64,000 nt of DNA from Camelus dromedarius (taxonomy: Eukaryota), in NCBI RefSeq assembly GCF_036321535.1, contig NC_087472.1:97094001-97158000 (forward strand), given 5' to 3'. The position numbers and the translations under genes are program-made. A model generated the notes under the pieces. It worked only from the letters and a program-made list of their open reading frames with translations, did not search any database and was not told where the DNA came from. The stretch's first letter is position 1. Each line of letters starts with the position of its first letter. Positions 1 through 12,775 of this stretch are shown piece after piece.

Positions 1-234
1 GCCAAGAGCAAAGATTGCTTGCATGTCCAAAGACGTCACTCTGGGTGTTTCTGTCTTGCTTTAATGATGACAGTGGCTCACAGACTTGGCTGATGAAATT
101 TTTCAAGGCTCGCAGATGTGAAGTCTGTGATGGGTCTCAGACAGGTGGTAGGTGGGAGACCAGAGCATGTTTGCTTTGGTGAGAGTTAGACGTCATATAG
201 AGAAAGTCTGCATTTCATCATCAATTATAGCAAT

Positions 235-1235
235 GAACCATTTACTCAGTATATACTAAGTGTCTATGCTATGTTGGACATTAATATAAGCCCTGGGAAG
301 ATAAAGAACATTATGACATAGTTTTACTCTCAAGAAACTTAGAGTCCAGTGGAGGGACTTAGGCAGATTCTCAGAATTGGTTAGCACAGGTGAACCACAA
401 AGTGAAGTTAAGTGTTACAGTTCTATGATAGGAGTAGCTAAAGGATGTAATGGCGATACATGGAATCTAGTATATTGGGGTGTGTGTACCAGTGGGGGGA
501 GCAATGAAATACAAAGTTGGAGAGGAGAGAGGGGCCAGATAAAGGAGGAGCTTCACATTCACCCATTATTTAGTAGTAACTACTAGTAAATCTTAGGTCA
601 AGCCATGTGAACAAGATAGATATGGCTCTCCCCTCCCAGAGCATTCAAACTGTGGGAGATACAGACAGGCAACGAGGCAATTACAAAATCTGCATGGAGT
701 TCTAAGATGGGAGAGGTACTGGATATTAAGGGAAGGGCACCTACACCAACCTTGCTGGCACCAGGGAAGACTTCTTGGAGGAAGTGACTTCTTAATTAGC
801 ATCTGAAGAATGAGAAAAAATTAACCCCAGGCAGAGGCTTGGCATAGGGGTATGGAACTGTTCGGGAGGGTGTATCAGGTGGAGGCTACAGCATGGGCAA
901 AGTCTCAGAGGCACAAAACAGCTGTCGGGGGAAAGAAAGTGATTCAGGCTGGTCGGGGAACTGAGAGAAAAGCTAAAGAGTCAAGAAAGGTCCAAATCAC
1001 ACAAGGCCTTGTCTTCTGAACTTGAAAGACAGACTTTGTTCTATGGGCACCTGAGAGCCAATGAGGGGTTTCAGACAGAGGATGAGATAATCAGAACTGT
1101 GTCTTGGGAAGATCTCTCTCTCTGCAGGTGGTAGCTGGAATGGGAAGGCTGGAGATTGTAGGCAGGGAAATGGAGTAAAACATTAATACAGTAACTAGTT
1201 ATTGGTGAAGTGAAGATCTGAACCAAGGTGGCTGG
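235..1235. mobile_element. L2 LINE 3' remnant
   Basis: Motifs typical of antisense L2: catttactcagtatatactaagtg, ctctcaagaaacttagagtccagtgg, cagggaagacttcttggaggaagtgac. Heavily diverged, boundaries approximate. Confidence 0.6.
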
Positions 1236-1345
1236 TCATACTGACTTGGAGGAGCCAGAAGGCTGATGCTTTTTTTTTTTTTTAAACATATCTGGACATC
1301 TTAGCCCAAGGAGTAAGCCAGGTAGTAGAATCTGATGACAACTTT

Positions 1346-1433
1346 CTTTTTTTAATGGCAGTACTGAGGATTGAACCCAGGAGCTCGTGCATGCTAAGCA
1401 TGCACTCTTCCACTGAGCTATACCCTGTTCCCT
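1346..1433 (-). mobile_element. tRNA-derived SINE, camelid Vic-1-like (short form)
   Basis: Minus strand GGGAACAGGGTATAGCTCAGTGGAAGAGTGCATGCTTAGCATGCACGAG...GGGTTCAATCC with Pol III A and B boxes and an A tail. Perfect 13-bp TSD TGATGACAACTTT at 1333-1345 and 1434-1446. Confidence 0.9.
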
Positions 1434-1639
1434 TGATGACAACTTTTAAATCTGCAGTACTGATTAAACATTTGAGCTCCATTTCCCAGGTTTGGGTCTT
1501 AATGTGTCATCTATCAATTGCAGATTCGTTGATGTGCAGATCTAGCCATTGTGTGGCCTTTCACTTTTCCGTATGTATGATTCCAAAGTGCAGTCATAGA
1601 CCATACAAGTACAGACATTCTTGGCCAGTTGCTTCAAGT

Positions 1640-2100
1640 TCGTCTGTGGCAGATGTGGTTGGCACCCTGGTTGTATCCTCCAGCCCTTACCTCTTGAGAA
1701 CATGCCTGCCTCACTTCGAATGCAAGCACCCACCCCTCTTTGTCAGAGAGCCCACTTTGCCATCTGCTTGGCAGGCCAAAAGTTCTGGGGAATTAACATC
1801 CTCTGAGAGCAGACCTCAACCAATGACAGATGGGAGTTGGCACAGAAATACCCAGCTCCCTCCCCATGGGTGGGATTACCCACGGCTGAGTGTGCTTCAA
1901 ACTGGTTCTCAGAGCTTCCCCAGTGGGTCCTGTCCTGGTTGCCCACAGCCGTGGCCTACTCAATCACATACCCTTTGAGGCTCCTTCTCCTGTGTCTCAC
2001 TGCCCTGCTTCCCCTCCAGTTGCCTTTCACCTCACAAATAAACTACCTTTATTTGCTTTCTTGTTTTAAGATCAGCTTCTGGGGGAACCCAAACTAAGAT
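1640..2100 (+). mobile_element. ERVL solo LTR (LTR16-like)
   Basis: Ends caaataaactacctt...cttctgggggaacccaaactaagat. Shares visible similarity with the copies at ~17.3 kb, ~33.8 kb and ~46.1 kb. Confidence 0.7.
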
Positions 2101-3359
2101 GTCTAATAATGTGCAAAGCCTCTGAAATTAGTTTCCTAGTGTCCTCAAAACCCTCAACCATTCTAAAACCAACCCCTCAGTTTCTTGTAGACTCAAATAA
2201 TGGTTATGTCGAAACTCAGCCCTTAGGGAGTAAAGTTACGATATTTTGAGCTTTTCTTCATATGCAGTCTTTTGATGGTGGACGTTTCTTTCGTGTTGCC
2301 AACTTGCATGCAGTGGGTATGCAACAAATATTTCTCAAGTGGCTCTGATATGTTCGTGAATATAAATGTCCGGATGCTATCAACTGCACTTCTCCCTGAT
2401 TTGGGGCAGAGCCCAGTCTTTCGTTAAGGTTTAAAGCTAATCACCTGCTGGGCCCAGGGTCTACTGAAGGCAAGAATGCACCGTGACTCCTCAGGAAGGG
2501 ATGAGGCTTGCATCCCGCCAGAAATGGAGAATTCTGAGCTGACATGATCTCTCATCCTCCTTTTTGCTGATGGTAAAGGAAGCAGGCATTTCTTTGGCTT
2601 TTCTTTATTTGAAAAAAAAAATAACACTCAGAGACACATTAGCCTTTTTGCATCCTTCTGGAACATCTCAGCAGGTAGGGTCTCAGGCTTCAGTGTTCTC
2701 TGTTGACAGCAAGTGCTGGAATATTGCCCAAGTTGGATGAGAGTCCCTATCTTTACATTTCTGGATTTCTGCTGTTACGGTGGTAGGTGTGTGGGAGAGA
2801 CAGCTGATGTGTTCACTGGATCCCTTCCCAGGCAGTGATGTGCCTGGGGAGAATGTGCTGGTGGAGGCAAATTCTTCATGCATCAGCCGTGCTGCCAGTA
2901 CAGGTGTTGAAAGTCTCCATGATGGCAGTGTGTCAGATGTCAGTAAAACTGAGCTGATTTGTCTGCCAAGATTCAGACTGCTTTTCTTCTTGTCGGTACT
3001 CACCTTTGTTGGATGCTCTGCACTGCTGAGATGGTAGTCTAACTCTTCTGCCATATTAACAGGGTCACTGAATAGAATGTGAGTGTGTGTGCACAGTGTT
3101 CATTATTGAGGTATAACATGTATACAGTGAAGTGCACAAATCTCAAGTGACAGCTCAATGAATTATATATATATGTATATACCTATATGATCATTCCTCG
3201 GGTCAAGACACAGAACATCTACAGCACCCAGAAGGCCCCCTTGTGTCCCTTCTAGTCAATACCTCCAGAACCCTCAGAGGAAAATTATTCTGACTTCTAT
3301 CAACATTGAGTAGCTTTGCTTGTCTTGAGTTTCCGATAAATGGAATTATGCAGTGTATA

Positions 3360-3579
3360 CAGCTGACCCTTGAACAACATGGGTTTGAACTGCGTGGGTT
3401 CATTCATTTACATTCGGGTTTTCAGTAAGTACGTACTACAGTACTACATGATCCTCGGTTGGTTGAACTGGTGGGTATAAAACTACAGATTTGGGGGGGC
3501 AACTGTAAAGTTACATATGGATTTTCCACCACACGGAAGGTCAGTGTCCCTAACCCCCGTGTTGTTCAAAGGTCAACTG
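3360..3579 (+). mobile_element. Tigger2-type (MER8/Tigger2a-like) MITE
   Basis: 24-bp TIRs CAGCTGACCCTTGAACAACATGGG / CCCGTGTTGTTCAAAGGTCAACTG (3 mismatches), with a TA duplication on both sides. Confidence 0.9.
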
Positions 3580-3837
3580 TACTCTTTTGTGTCTGCCTTC
3601 TTCTACTCAACCCACAGCCTGGGAGATTTCAGCCATGTTGTGTTTCTCTATAGTTTGCTTTTATTTTTGTTGTGCAGCATTTCATTGCATGAAGATACCA
3701 GAGTTTATTTTTTTCATTCTCTTGCTGGTGAACCTTTTGGGTTGTCTCAGTTTGGGGTTTTTATCAATAAAACTGCAATGGGCATTCTTGTACAAATCCT
3801 TTTGTGAACATCTACACTCATTTCTCTCAGGAATTTA

Positions 3838-4017
3838 CAGTGGTGTGTTGGCAAATGTTAAACAGTAAGTTCTCTAACAAAAATAGCTCTGACTTGTAAG
3901 AATTTGTAAATACCCCCACCATGGCCAATTTTAAGCTACCAAGGGGATGTGGGTTAGGAAGAGATGTGCCCATTGGGCTTTCAGGAGCCAGTGGGAGCCA
4001 GTCTTAGCATACCACTG
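3838..4017. mobile_element. hAT MITE (MER63-like)
   Basis: Terminal inverted repeats CAGTGGTGTGTTG ... TAGCATACCACTG, 180 bp, embedded in the L1M. Confidence 0.7.
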
Positions 4018-7000
4018 AGTACAGAGACCCAGGAGAGGAATTTCAGAATCAGAGAGTAGGCACATATATAGTTTAAGTTTTCCAAAGTGATTGTACAATT
4101 TTACATTCCCACCAACAATATATGAGAGATCCAGTTGCCCCATATCCTCAACAACACTTGATATTATCAGTATTTCAAATTTTTACTATTCTGGTGGGTG
4201 TGTGCTGGTACTTCATTTTAGTTGAATGTGCATTTTCATGATTCCTGAAACCCAGCATCATCGCACACACTCAGTAGCCATGCAGCTATCCTCTTCTCCA
4301 AAGTGCCTGTTCAAGCTGTTGGTCCCTTTGGTTATTGGGTTGTTATGTCTTTTCTTTATTGATTTGTCAGAGAATATCTAAGTTCAAGACAAGTGAGGCT
4401 GACTGTAAAGAATGAAAGAAAGAAGAGTTCTAGAGGCAGCCTGGCGTGCTAAAAGGGGTTCACACAGACTTGGGTTCCTAGCCAACTAAGCTGGTGACCA
4501 TCTAATGGTGTTGGACAAATCCCCTTAAGCCTCCATTTCCACACCATCAAAAGGGATTACTGTGTAGAAGTGTTGTTGATTTCTGAATGAGGCAAAGTAG
4601 GTTCTTAGTAAATGCTGGAACCTCACCCCGTCTCAACCAGAATGTACAGTGGGCATCTTCACCTATGTGTTTCTATTCATGAGACCCATGATGGTTTTAA
4701 TTTAATGCCTAGACATCCCATATTCGTCCTTGCTGTCTAGTGGTGTTCTTGTCATAGAGCTAATGCCTGTCTTGTGATGTGAGGGTTTTATCCTTGTGAG
4801 AAGTAGCATTTCTCTTTTTGTGGGAGGCACAATGGCAAGGTTTACTAAACTTGATATTCTGCAGTGCCTTATGTGATGTCAGGCAGGGTGTGCAGGGTAC
4901 TTTTTAGAGCCCTGTTCTCTATCTGTGGGGAGAAGCCGCTGTAGATCCGAGCTGATAAGAAACTGGGGCTGCTTCAGAAAGGGCTGCATAGTCAGCAGCC
5001 CAGTTGCGGACTCCAGCCCTCCATTCTAGGAGTTTGGACTTGTGACGAGTGATGGGCTCAGCTTAGGCATCGCCTCCTCTAGGAAGCCTGCCCTGGAAAC
5101 GCAAATGAGGTTCTCTCTGGTCCTCTGTGTGTGGACACATCTGTCTCATCAGTTGCCATGTTATAAGGACATCTTCTTTCAGCTCTTTGAGTTTCATTCT
5201 TTGTTATAGCCCCACTCCCAGCACAGTGCAGGTACACAATGCTCAAGACAGGAACATTCTGCACAAGCCAACACATTCTTGTCCAATTGCCCTGGCATCA
5301 CCAGCATGCATTAAATAGCTTCCACCTGCATATCCTGAAACATTAAATACTGAGAAATGATCAACCCAAAGTACTAGCTAGTTCTCAAAGACTTGGGTGC
5401 GGGTAGGGGTTGGGAGAGAGGAAAACAGACAAGAAAGCAAACAACCAAGAGGAACCAGAACAGGTGGGGAAAGATGATTGCTACAATGAGCACACATACT
5501 TTCATGTCTAAAAGTAAAGATGCTGTGACAATTTAAACACAAAACAAAACAGCATTGTAGTGCTTTTCCAGCCCAGCTCTCAAGGGAATCCACAGGCAGC
5601 TTTAATATATGCAGTTCTAGAAAGAATGGGACATTGGAATTAGGAATAAAGAGATTTAAAAATTCTCAGTCTATCATCTCCTCTCTCTTTTTCCAAGCTG
5701 AAGGAGTTTTATCAGACTCAATATAGACCAGCCTGCAGATCTCAAACTAAGTTTGGGTTCATTTAAGAAATGGATGAGCTTAGGCGTGACTCTGTTACCT
5801 TGCAAATAACAGAGCAAGTAGAAAGCTGAGACATAAACACTGAAGTATCCCTGTAAGTGCCACCTTGATGTTTTCTATCTCACATTAACCTTTTAAGTAA
5901 TTGTTAAAGCTCTGCAATGTGCTTATTATATATTGTGAGGTGCTTCTGCATTATTAGATACTAGTGGGCTTTGTAACTTCTCTTTTTAAGTTAAAAAAGG
6001 GTCAAAAATATCCTTCATGGGGAAAATTGAAATGCTAAAGAACAGATTTTTGAAAAGGAAACATTTTCACGAGGGCTTCGCATACAACTTTATAAACAGA
6101 GATCCCAATAGACAGCAAGCAACTCTCAGTGGGGAAACCCTAGATGGTTTTTATGAGGCAGAGATTGGTGGCTTTGGTGGCTTACCCTGAAAAAGATAAG
6201 CCATTAGCCATCCACGGCTTCTCACTTGATGCTCTGAGGGCGTGGTGCACGCTCCCAGACCCCTTCCATGGAATCTGGGGGTTTACTAGGAGTGTGGGCT
6301 GACTGCCGAGGCTTCACTGCGCCTTCTGTCCTGCTGACCCAGGAGATGCGGGCAGCAGTGACCACACTGCACCTGTTGGATTCCAAAACACAGCCTCACA
6401 GGAGCAAAACCCAACCAACCCAAAAGGAAAGACTTGCTCGGAGGAAGATGGGAGTGGTATCTGGGTGGATTTAGGAGAAAGGTTGGGAGGGGCTTTCCAG
6501 AATATGCAGAGGGGCCAGTGGTAGTCACAACAAACATTTAGCCTCGCTTCCTGAAGATTTGTCTGTATAAATCCTTCAAAATTTGGGGTTAAGAGAGAGT
6601 TGTTGTTTTGTTTTAAAATAAGCTAAAGTTCCATTTGGATGGCAGAAACAATTGAACTAAGGTTTTATTTTCATTGAAAACTTTGTTTACATAAGCCATG
6701 GGAAGATAGCTAGGTTGCAAGGATAATGGCTTTCCCCATTTTAACTCAGGGTTTTACAGTTTTACTCAACATAAAACAAATGGAAGAGGAAGGGCTACCT
6801 CCCTAATTTATCCTGGCTGTCTCTCTGCTGCCTCCTCCTCATGTTCTGTGGGTTCCAGCACGGCTGGATTGAAAACCTGTGAGGTTTACCCTGCACTTCC
6901 CGCCTCCTCAGTCGGGGCCAGCTGCTCTCAGCCCTGCCCATTTGAACCACCTGTAGAACTCTACAAACTCAGATGCTGGGGCTTACCCTCTCACACCTTT

Positions 7001-7404
7001 AAATCAGAATTCCTTGGCGAAGGCTCTGGTATATGTATTTTAAAAAGCTTCCCAGGGGCCTTGACAGTCGAATCATTCATCCAATCCTGTTGATTTTACC
7101 TCCAGAATCTCTCAAATCCATCCTTTCATGCTCCATTTCCATTGCGCCTGACTGGGTTCTAGCCCTTACGATCTATCCAGATGACAGAAACAGGTTCTGA
7201 ACTCATCTTTTTTGCTTTTAGTCAGTCCTCCAAACTGCCACCAGATTTATTTTTCTAGAACACAAATCCAAACCTGTCATCCCTCTGCTTTAAATCCTCC
7301 AATGGCTCCACTCCGAATGAGTGATGGAGCCTGTTTATTTCTTAGATGACGATGGAGAACAGCTGCTCCTCATCTTAGACAAGCTTTCTTGTAGCTTAAA
7401 ATGT

Positions 7405-7725
7405 TTTCTTTTTAACTTTTTACTTTAAAGAAAGTTAAGACTCACAAGAGGTTGTAGATAAAGTTCAGAGTTCCTGGGTATCTGTCACTCAGCTTCCCCC
7501 TAATGGTAACATCTTACATAACCAAAGTACATGATAAAAACCATGAAACCAACTTTGGTGCAATACTATTAACTCAACTACAAGCCAACACACTCTTGTG
7601 CAATTGCCTTGGCATCACCAGTGTGCATTAAACAGCTATTTAACTCTGTCCAGGCCTTATTTGGATTTCACCAGTTTTTGCATGCACTTTGTGTGTGTGA
7701 TACTGTGACATTTTATCACATGAGC
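7405..7725 (-). mobile_element. Ancient L1M(C-like) 3' terminal fragment with an internal foreign insertion
   Basis: cagcttccccctaatggtaacatcttacataacc...ggtgcaatactattaact...ttatttggatttcaccagtttt are typical of L1MC-type ends. Confidence 0.7.
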
Positions 7726-7749
7726 TTAATTAATAGTTTTAGAAGGATC

Positions 7750-8117
7750 TAGTGGTTCTCAAGTCTGGGTGCACTTTAGAATTTCCTGGGGGAGCTTTCA
7801 AAATGTATCCATGACTGGCCCTTGTCTAGACCATGCTTTAGTCCAATGCTCCTCAGGCTAATTTGCACACAAATCAATGGGAGGTCTTGTAAAGATACAG
7901 ATTCAGATCTAGTAGGTCTGGGTGGAGCCTGCAGTACTAGCCAGGTCCCAGGGGATGCTGCTGTTGCTGCTGCTGCTCCCTGTGTGAGGACCACATTTGG
8001 AGTAGGCCACCCCGTTTTCAGACCAATGGAATGAGAATCTATGGGTGTGAGACCTAGGCATGGTATGTTTGAATTCCTCTAGTGATTCTACCATGTAGCC
8101 AGGGTTGAGAACCACTG
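7750..8117. mobile_element. Nested MER5-family hAT-Charlie MITEs (inner element ~7845-8005)
   Basis: Outer TIRs AGTGGTTCTCAA ... TTGAGAACCACT. The inner segment has MER5A motifs (cagattcagatctagtaggtctgggtggagcctg; ggaccacatttggagtag). Confidence 0.7.
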
Positions 8118-8262
8118 AGATATGTGACAGAATGCCAAGGCTGTATGTCACTCTCGGAGGTCACACCGTCTCCAACCTCTGTTTGAACCATTCTAGGTCA
8201 TTTCAGTCTCCTCTGGCATTCAAATGCCAAACAACCCTTGGATTTAAGAAAACCCTGCTTCT

Positions 8263-8409
8263 TTTTGTTTGCTTGCTTTTTGAAGGGAGGTAATTAGGTC
8301 TATTTATTTATTTATTAATTACGTTTTTTTTTCAGTGGAGGTACTGGGGATTGAACGCAGGATCTCGTGAATGCTAAGCACTCTACCACTGAGTTATACC
8401 CTCTCCCCC
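8263..8409 (-). mobile_element. tRNA-derived SINE, camelid Vic-1-like (long form with (AAAT)n and CCTAATTACCTCCC extension)
   Basis: Clear similarity to the 1346-1433 copy. Degenerate 17-bp TSD AAGAAAACCCTGCTTCT (8246-8262) / AAGAAATCCTCACTTCT (8410-8426), 13/17. Confidence 0.88.
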
Positions 8410-8699
8410 AAGAAATCCTCACTTCTATATAATCCATATTCTTCTCAAATTTAAATATATCCAGTGTGAGCTCTCAACTTGCCTCTCCCTTCCGCTTCAA
8501 TTTCTTCTCTATACTTTTGCCCATCTTGAGACAAAAGGGAGGAAGAGACTGTCTCTTGACTTTCATACCCAAATTCCAAGATTACTTCCAATTTACCACC
8601 TAGTCTCTTTTCATTCCCTTAGCAGTTGGCCTCCAAGCCCATAAATATTATAATGACAAATGCATACTTTCTTCAGCACTTGATAAGACTTTCAGCTAC

Positions 8700-9960
8700 T
8701 GATCTTGTTTTCTGTCTTACAGAGAAAACCCCAAGCCATCAGATGGAAATTACCCTCAACTTGCTGCCACCATATCTATAAAAATACCCACACTCATCTG
8801 TTTTTATTCTCCCTCCTGTGAAAATCAAGGCCATGACTCTTCCTCTGAGATCAATTCCTTCCATTGGGTCTGGCTTTCCTTTCCTTCTTCCTAGTATTAT
8901 ATATCCCCTCTTTTCCCATGTCCTCTTCTACTAGTTCCTTCCCATGAGCTTTGAACTATGCTTATGTCTTTCCCATATTAAAAAAGGCCTAACAGACACC
9001 ACTTCCCTTCCAACTTCTGCCCTATCCCCCTTTCTTTAAGGAGCTCTTTACATTTGCCATCTCCAGCTACACTTCAAAGAGTGATTCATGCTCGCTAACT
9101 TCATTTCCTCACCTCCCACTCACTTCTCAAACCACTCCAGTCTGGACTTTATCCCAGCACTCAACCACAACTCCACAATGACTTCTAAGCAGGTAAATCC
9201 AGTGACTACTTTTCAGTCCTCATTTTCTGAAACTCTCAGCAGATACACACAGTTAAGTCAATAATGCAGGGTCAAATAGTACTTTATAAATATCAAAGAG
9301 GGTTAAATGTTTTGAGATTTTCATGAGACTCCACTAGGCTCCATGAAGGCATAGGTATGGTTTTTTTTTTTTTTTTTTTTTACAGCTGCGTCTTTAACTA
9401 AGTGCCTGGCAAACAAAGGTGCTCAATATGTGTAATTTGAAACCCTCCCTCTCTCCCATGATGAATTCCGTGAAGCAACATTCTCCTCTCCTCCCACCTC
9501 TCAACCTGGCTTTCCAGTGTCTATCTAACTGCTCCTCTACCTTCACCTACCTTGTAAGTTTGATATTACTCAAGATTCTGTCTCTGGCACTTCTAATCTT
9601 GTCACATTCATAAACTCTTCATGGGCAGTGAGTTCCACCTCCATGGTTTGGCTTGTCATCTTTATGCTGACCAATCCCTAGTTCACATCAGTACCTCACT
9701 TCTCTTCCAAACTCCTAATCTGAATTTCTATCTGCCTCCTGAAGATTTGCAAGTACATATTATGGCAGTATTTCAACTGGCATATATCCAACAGCTGAAT
9801 CTTTCCTCCAAATTTGTTCTTCCACCTCATTCCTGTTAATGGTTAACATCCTCCTCTTTCTTCTACATACCCAGGTGGGAACCTAAGCCGGTATCACTCT
9901 TCTCCCTTTGTTTACTCACAGATCCAATGACCCTCAAGTCCTATTGATTCCATCTCTTGA
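8700..9960. mobile_element. L2 LINE remnants
   Basis: Pyrimidine-rich motifs cacttctcaaaccactccagtctgg and tcatctttatgctgaccaatccc, typical of L2 ORF2. Very diverged. Confidence 0.55.
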
Positions 9961-10483
9961 TTTTGGGGATAGTATTTTCAGTGTGGATTCTGAAGCACAT
10001 TAGTTCCCTGGGTTGTTAATAGTGGTCACCAAAAAAGTAAAAATTATCCATGATCAAATAAATTTGAGAAATGCTGGACTGGACAGAGTTAAATAGATTT
10101 CTTTACAGAGGAACTTTTAAAAGTCTTTGGTATGCTAATATGCCTTCAATATAGGGATCTGATATGGGGACACCACATACATTGTTTCCCAAAGTTGTTT
10201 GGTCACAGAACCCAATTTTTTTGTAGCATCAAAGAAAATTTTACTAAAACACATTTCGGAAAATGGTGGTCTAATCTAGCCCCGTTTTTCTCCTTCTACA
10301 GCTATTCTACTCAAAGCCTCTTGCTTACAAACTTGTATCAGTTTCCTGGGTGGAGAAGGGAATCTCTCCCTCTCCAATATCTTGCCTCTCCAGCTTAGCG
10401 TCTATATTTCTATAAGAGCAATCCTTATAAAACTTAGGTATGTCTCTCCCCAAAGTATGAGACATCCTCCTCCTTACTTCTGT

Positions 10484-12775
10484 CCAAGTCATCTATGTCC
10501 TTACTGATTTTCTGCCTGCTTGCTCTCCCAGTTACTAACAGAGGAATGTTGAAATCTCCAACTATGGTAGTGTGTTTGTCTACTTCTTTCATTTATATCA
10601 GTTCTTGCCTCATGTTATTTTAATGCTCTGTTTGTTAGGTGTATACATGTTTAGGACTGTTATGTCTCCTTGGACAATTGATCCCTTTATCATTATGTAA
10701 TGCCCCTTTTTATCCCCGCTAATTTTCCTTGTCCTGAAGTTAGCCGTATCTGAAATTAATACAATTACTCTAGCTTTCTTTTGATTTGTGGTAGCATGGT
10801 ACATCTTCCTCTATCCCTTTATTTTTAACTTGAGTCTTCATATTTAAAGTGGGTTCCTTGTAGGCAACGTGGAGTTGGGTCTTATTCTCTCTTGATCCAC
10901 TCTGATAGTCACTGCCTTTTAATTGGTATATTTATATCATTTATGTTTAAAATAATTATTGATATGGTTGGATTAATATCTACCATAGTTGTAACTGTTC
11001 TCTTTTTGTTGCAGTTGTTCTTTGTTGCTTTTTTTCCCTTCGTTTTCTGTCTTGTCTGGTTTTGAGAATTTATATTATTCAATTTTATCTCCTCTCTTGG
11101 TATATCAATTATACATATTTCAAAAAAATTTCAGTGGCTGCCCTAGCACCTACAGTATATATTTATACCTAATCTAAATTCACCTTCAAATAATACTGTA
11201 ATGCTTCATGTGTAGTACAGTTATAACAGAGTATTCCCAATTCTTCTCTCCTGTTCCTGGTGACATGGCTGACATTTCATTCCATTTATCCATATGTTAT
11301 AGTCACTCGATATATTATTACTATTATTGCTTTAAACAGTTACCTTTTAGCTCTATTAAAAATAAGGAAGATTTTATTTTACCTTCATTTATTCCTTCTC
11401 TAACACTCTTCTTTATGTCAGTCTGAGTTTTTGAGCTATATAATTTTCCTTCTGAAGAGAATTTCTCGCAGAGTAGGTCTGCAGGCAATGAATTCTCTCA
11501 GTTGTTTGAGAAAACTTCTGCTACAGTTTTGATTTCTAGCTTTTCCTTTTGATTTATCCTGAGAGTTTCCTTCTCTCCACGTACATTATCTGTTCTTGAT
11601 GTTATCTACTTTTTCCATTAAAGCCCATAACATATTAATCATAGTTATTTCAGTGATTTTACATTTGTCTAATAATGCTAACATCGGTGTCATATCTGAG
11701 GATGACTCTGATACTTTGTCTCTTCAGACTTATTTTTTCTTTTTTGCATGCCTTGTAATTTTTTTTGCCAAAGCTGGACATGTTGCATCAGTCTATGGGA
11801 ACTGAGGTAAATAGGTTTTCATAGTAAGGGCTTATGAAAATCTAAGAGCTTGGAAGTATATAATGTTTATTGTGGCTATAAGTGCCAGAAGCTTTGAATT
11901 TCTTTATTGTCATTGTTTTTGTCTCTCCTCTTAACTTTGACTTCCCTAAGTACTCTTCCCCAGATTCTGTGTCTTGCAGCTCTTCAACTGTAATCCACTG
12001 TTATTATTATGATGTGGTAAGGTGTAGGAAGGGGAAATGCTACATAATGTTCTGAAGAAATCTGTTTTCAAGTGGGCCTGTGCCCTTCACAAATGTTTCT
12101 CCAGTGGTGTAGTTTTCTTCCCCTGCCTCCTACTCCCTTCCCTGGCCGTAGCACTCCTAATTTATTTCGTTGAAGTCCTGACACCTGTCGATTACTCACC
12201 CCCAACTTCTGTGAGACAGAACAGCTCAAGGAGGTCTCTGTGGGAAGGAGGAGCCCAGGATAAAGTTTCAAAATTGTGTTCTGGCCAAGTCCCCTTCCCT
12301 GGAGGGTAGCCCTGTGTTACAGAGAAGACCGGGTGGGTTTCAGGAGGGCTGCTCTTCCTCCTCTCCAGGGCTTGTGAACGTGGCATCTTCACCTTGGGAA
12401 TCTGATAGGGTTTCTGGAGGGGAAACTTAAGAAAGTATGAGCTCTCCCATCCCTCTGCCTACAAAGACAATGACTGCAGCCCCCAGGAGTCTCTCAGTCT
12501 CCTGTTACTCCACACTAAGCTTCCAGCAGTTTGTCAAAATTACCATTTAAGTGTTTCTGCCAGAGACTTCTGCTCCAGGTAGGCAGACTGTATCTGTGTC
12601 TCTATGGATGTGTGTGCGTCTGCAGATTTGGGGATTTTAGTTTGCCCTGTGACCTCAGTTCTCTGATGTGTCCAAGAAAAGCCATCGATTTTCTGTTTGT
12701 CTAGGTTTTACCTGTTGTAAGGATGGGAGTGACAGCTTCCAAGCTCTTTACATGTCGAAGCTGAAACGGAAAATT
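10484..12775 (-). mobile_element. Ancient L1 5' portion (5'UTR, deleted ORF1 remnants, start of ORF2)
   Basis: ORF 10610-10804 translates to YHATTNQKKARVIVLISDTANFRTRKISGDKKGHYIMIKGSIVQGDITVLNMYTPN, the L1 ORF2 APE endonuclease domain. The right end resembles L1M 5' ends. Confidence 0.85.

Larger units (their letters stand above)
3095..4380 (-). mobile_element. Ancient L1M 3' end, interrupted by two DNA-transposon MITEs
   Basis: ttattgaggtataacatgtatacagtgaagtgcacaaatctcaagtg ... ttttacattcccaccaacaatatatgagagatccagttgccccatatcctcaacaacacttg are typical antisense L1M 3'UTR/ORF2-end motifs. Confidence 0.8.

Noticed and set aside
1346..1433. tRNA-like sequence with A/B boxes
   Set aside because: Has an A tail and TSD and a second diverged copy at 8263-8409, so it is a SINE, not a tRNA gene.
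1355..1978. 207-aa ORF
   Set aside because: Starts in an antisense SINE and runs into an LTR. No coherent protein features.
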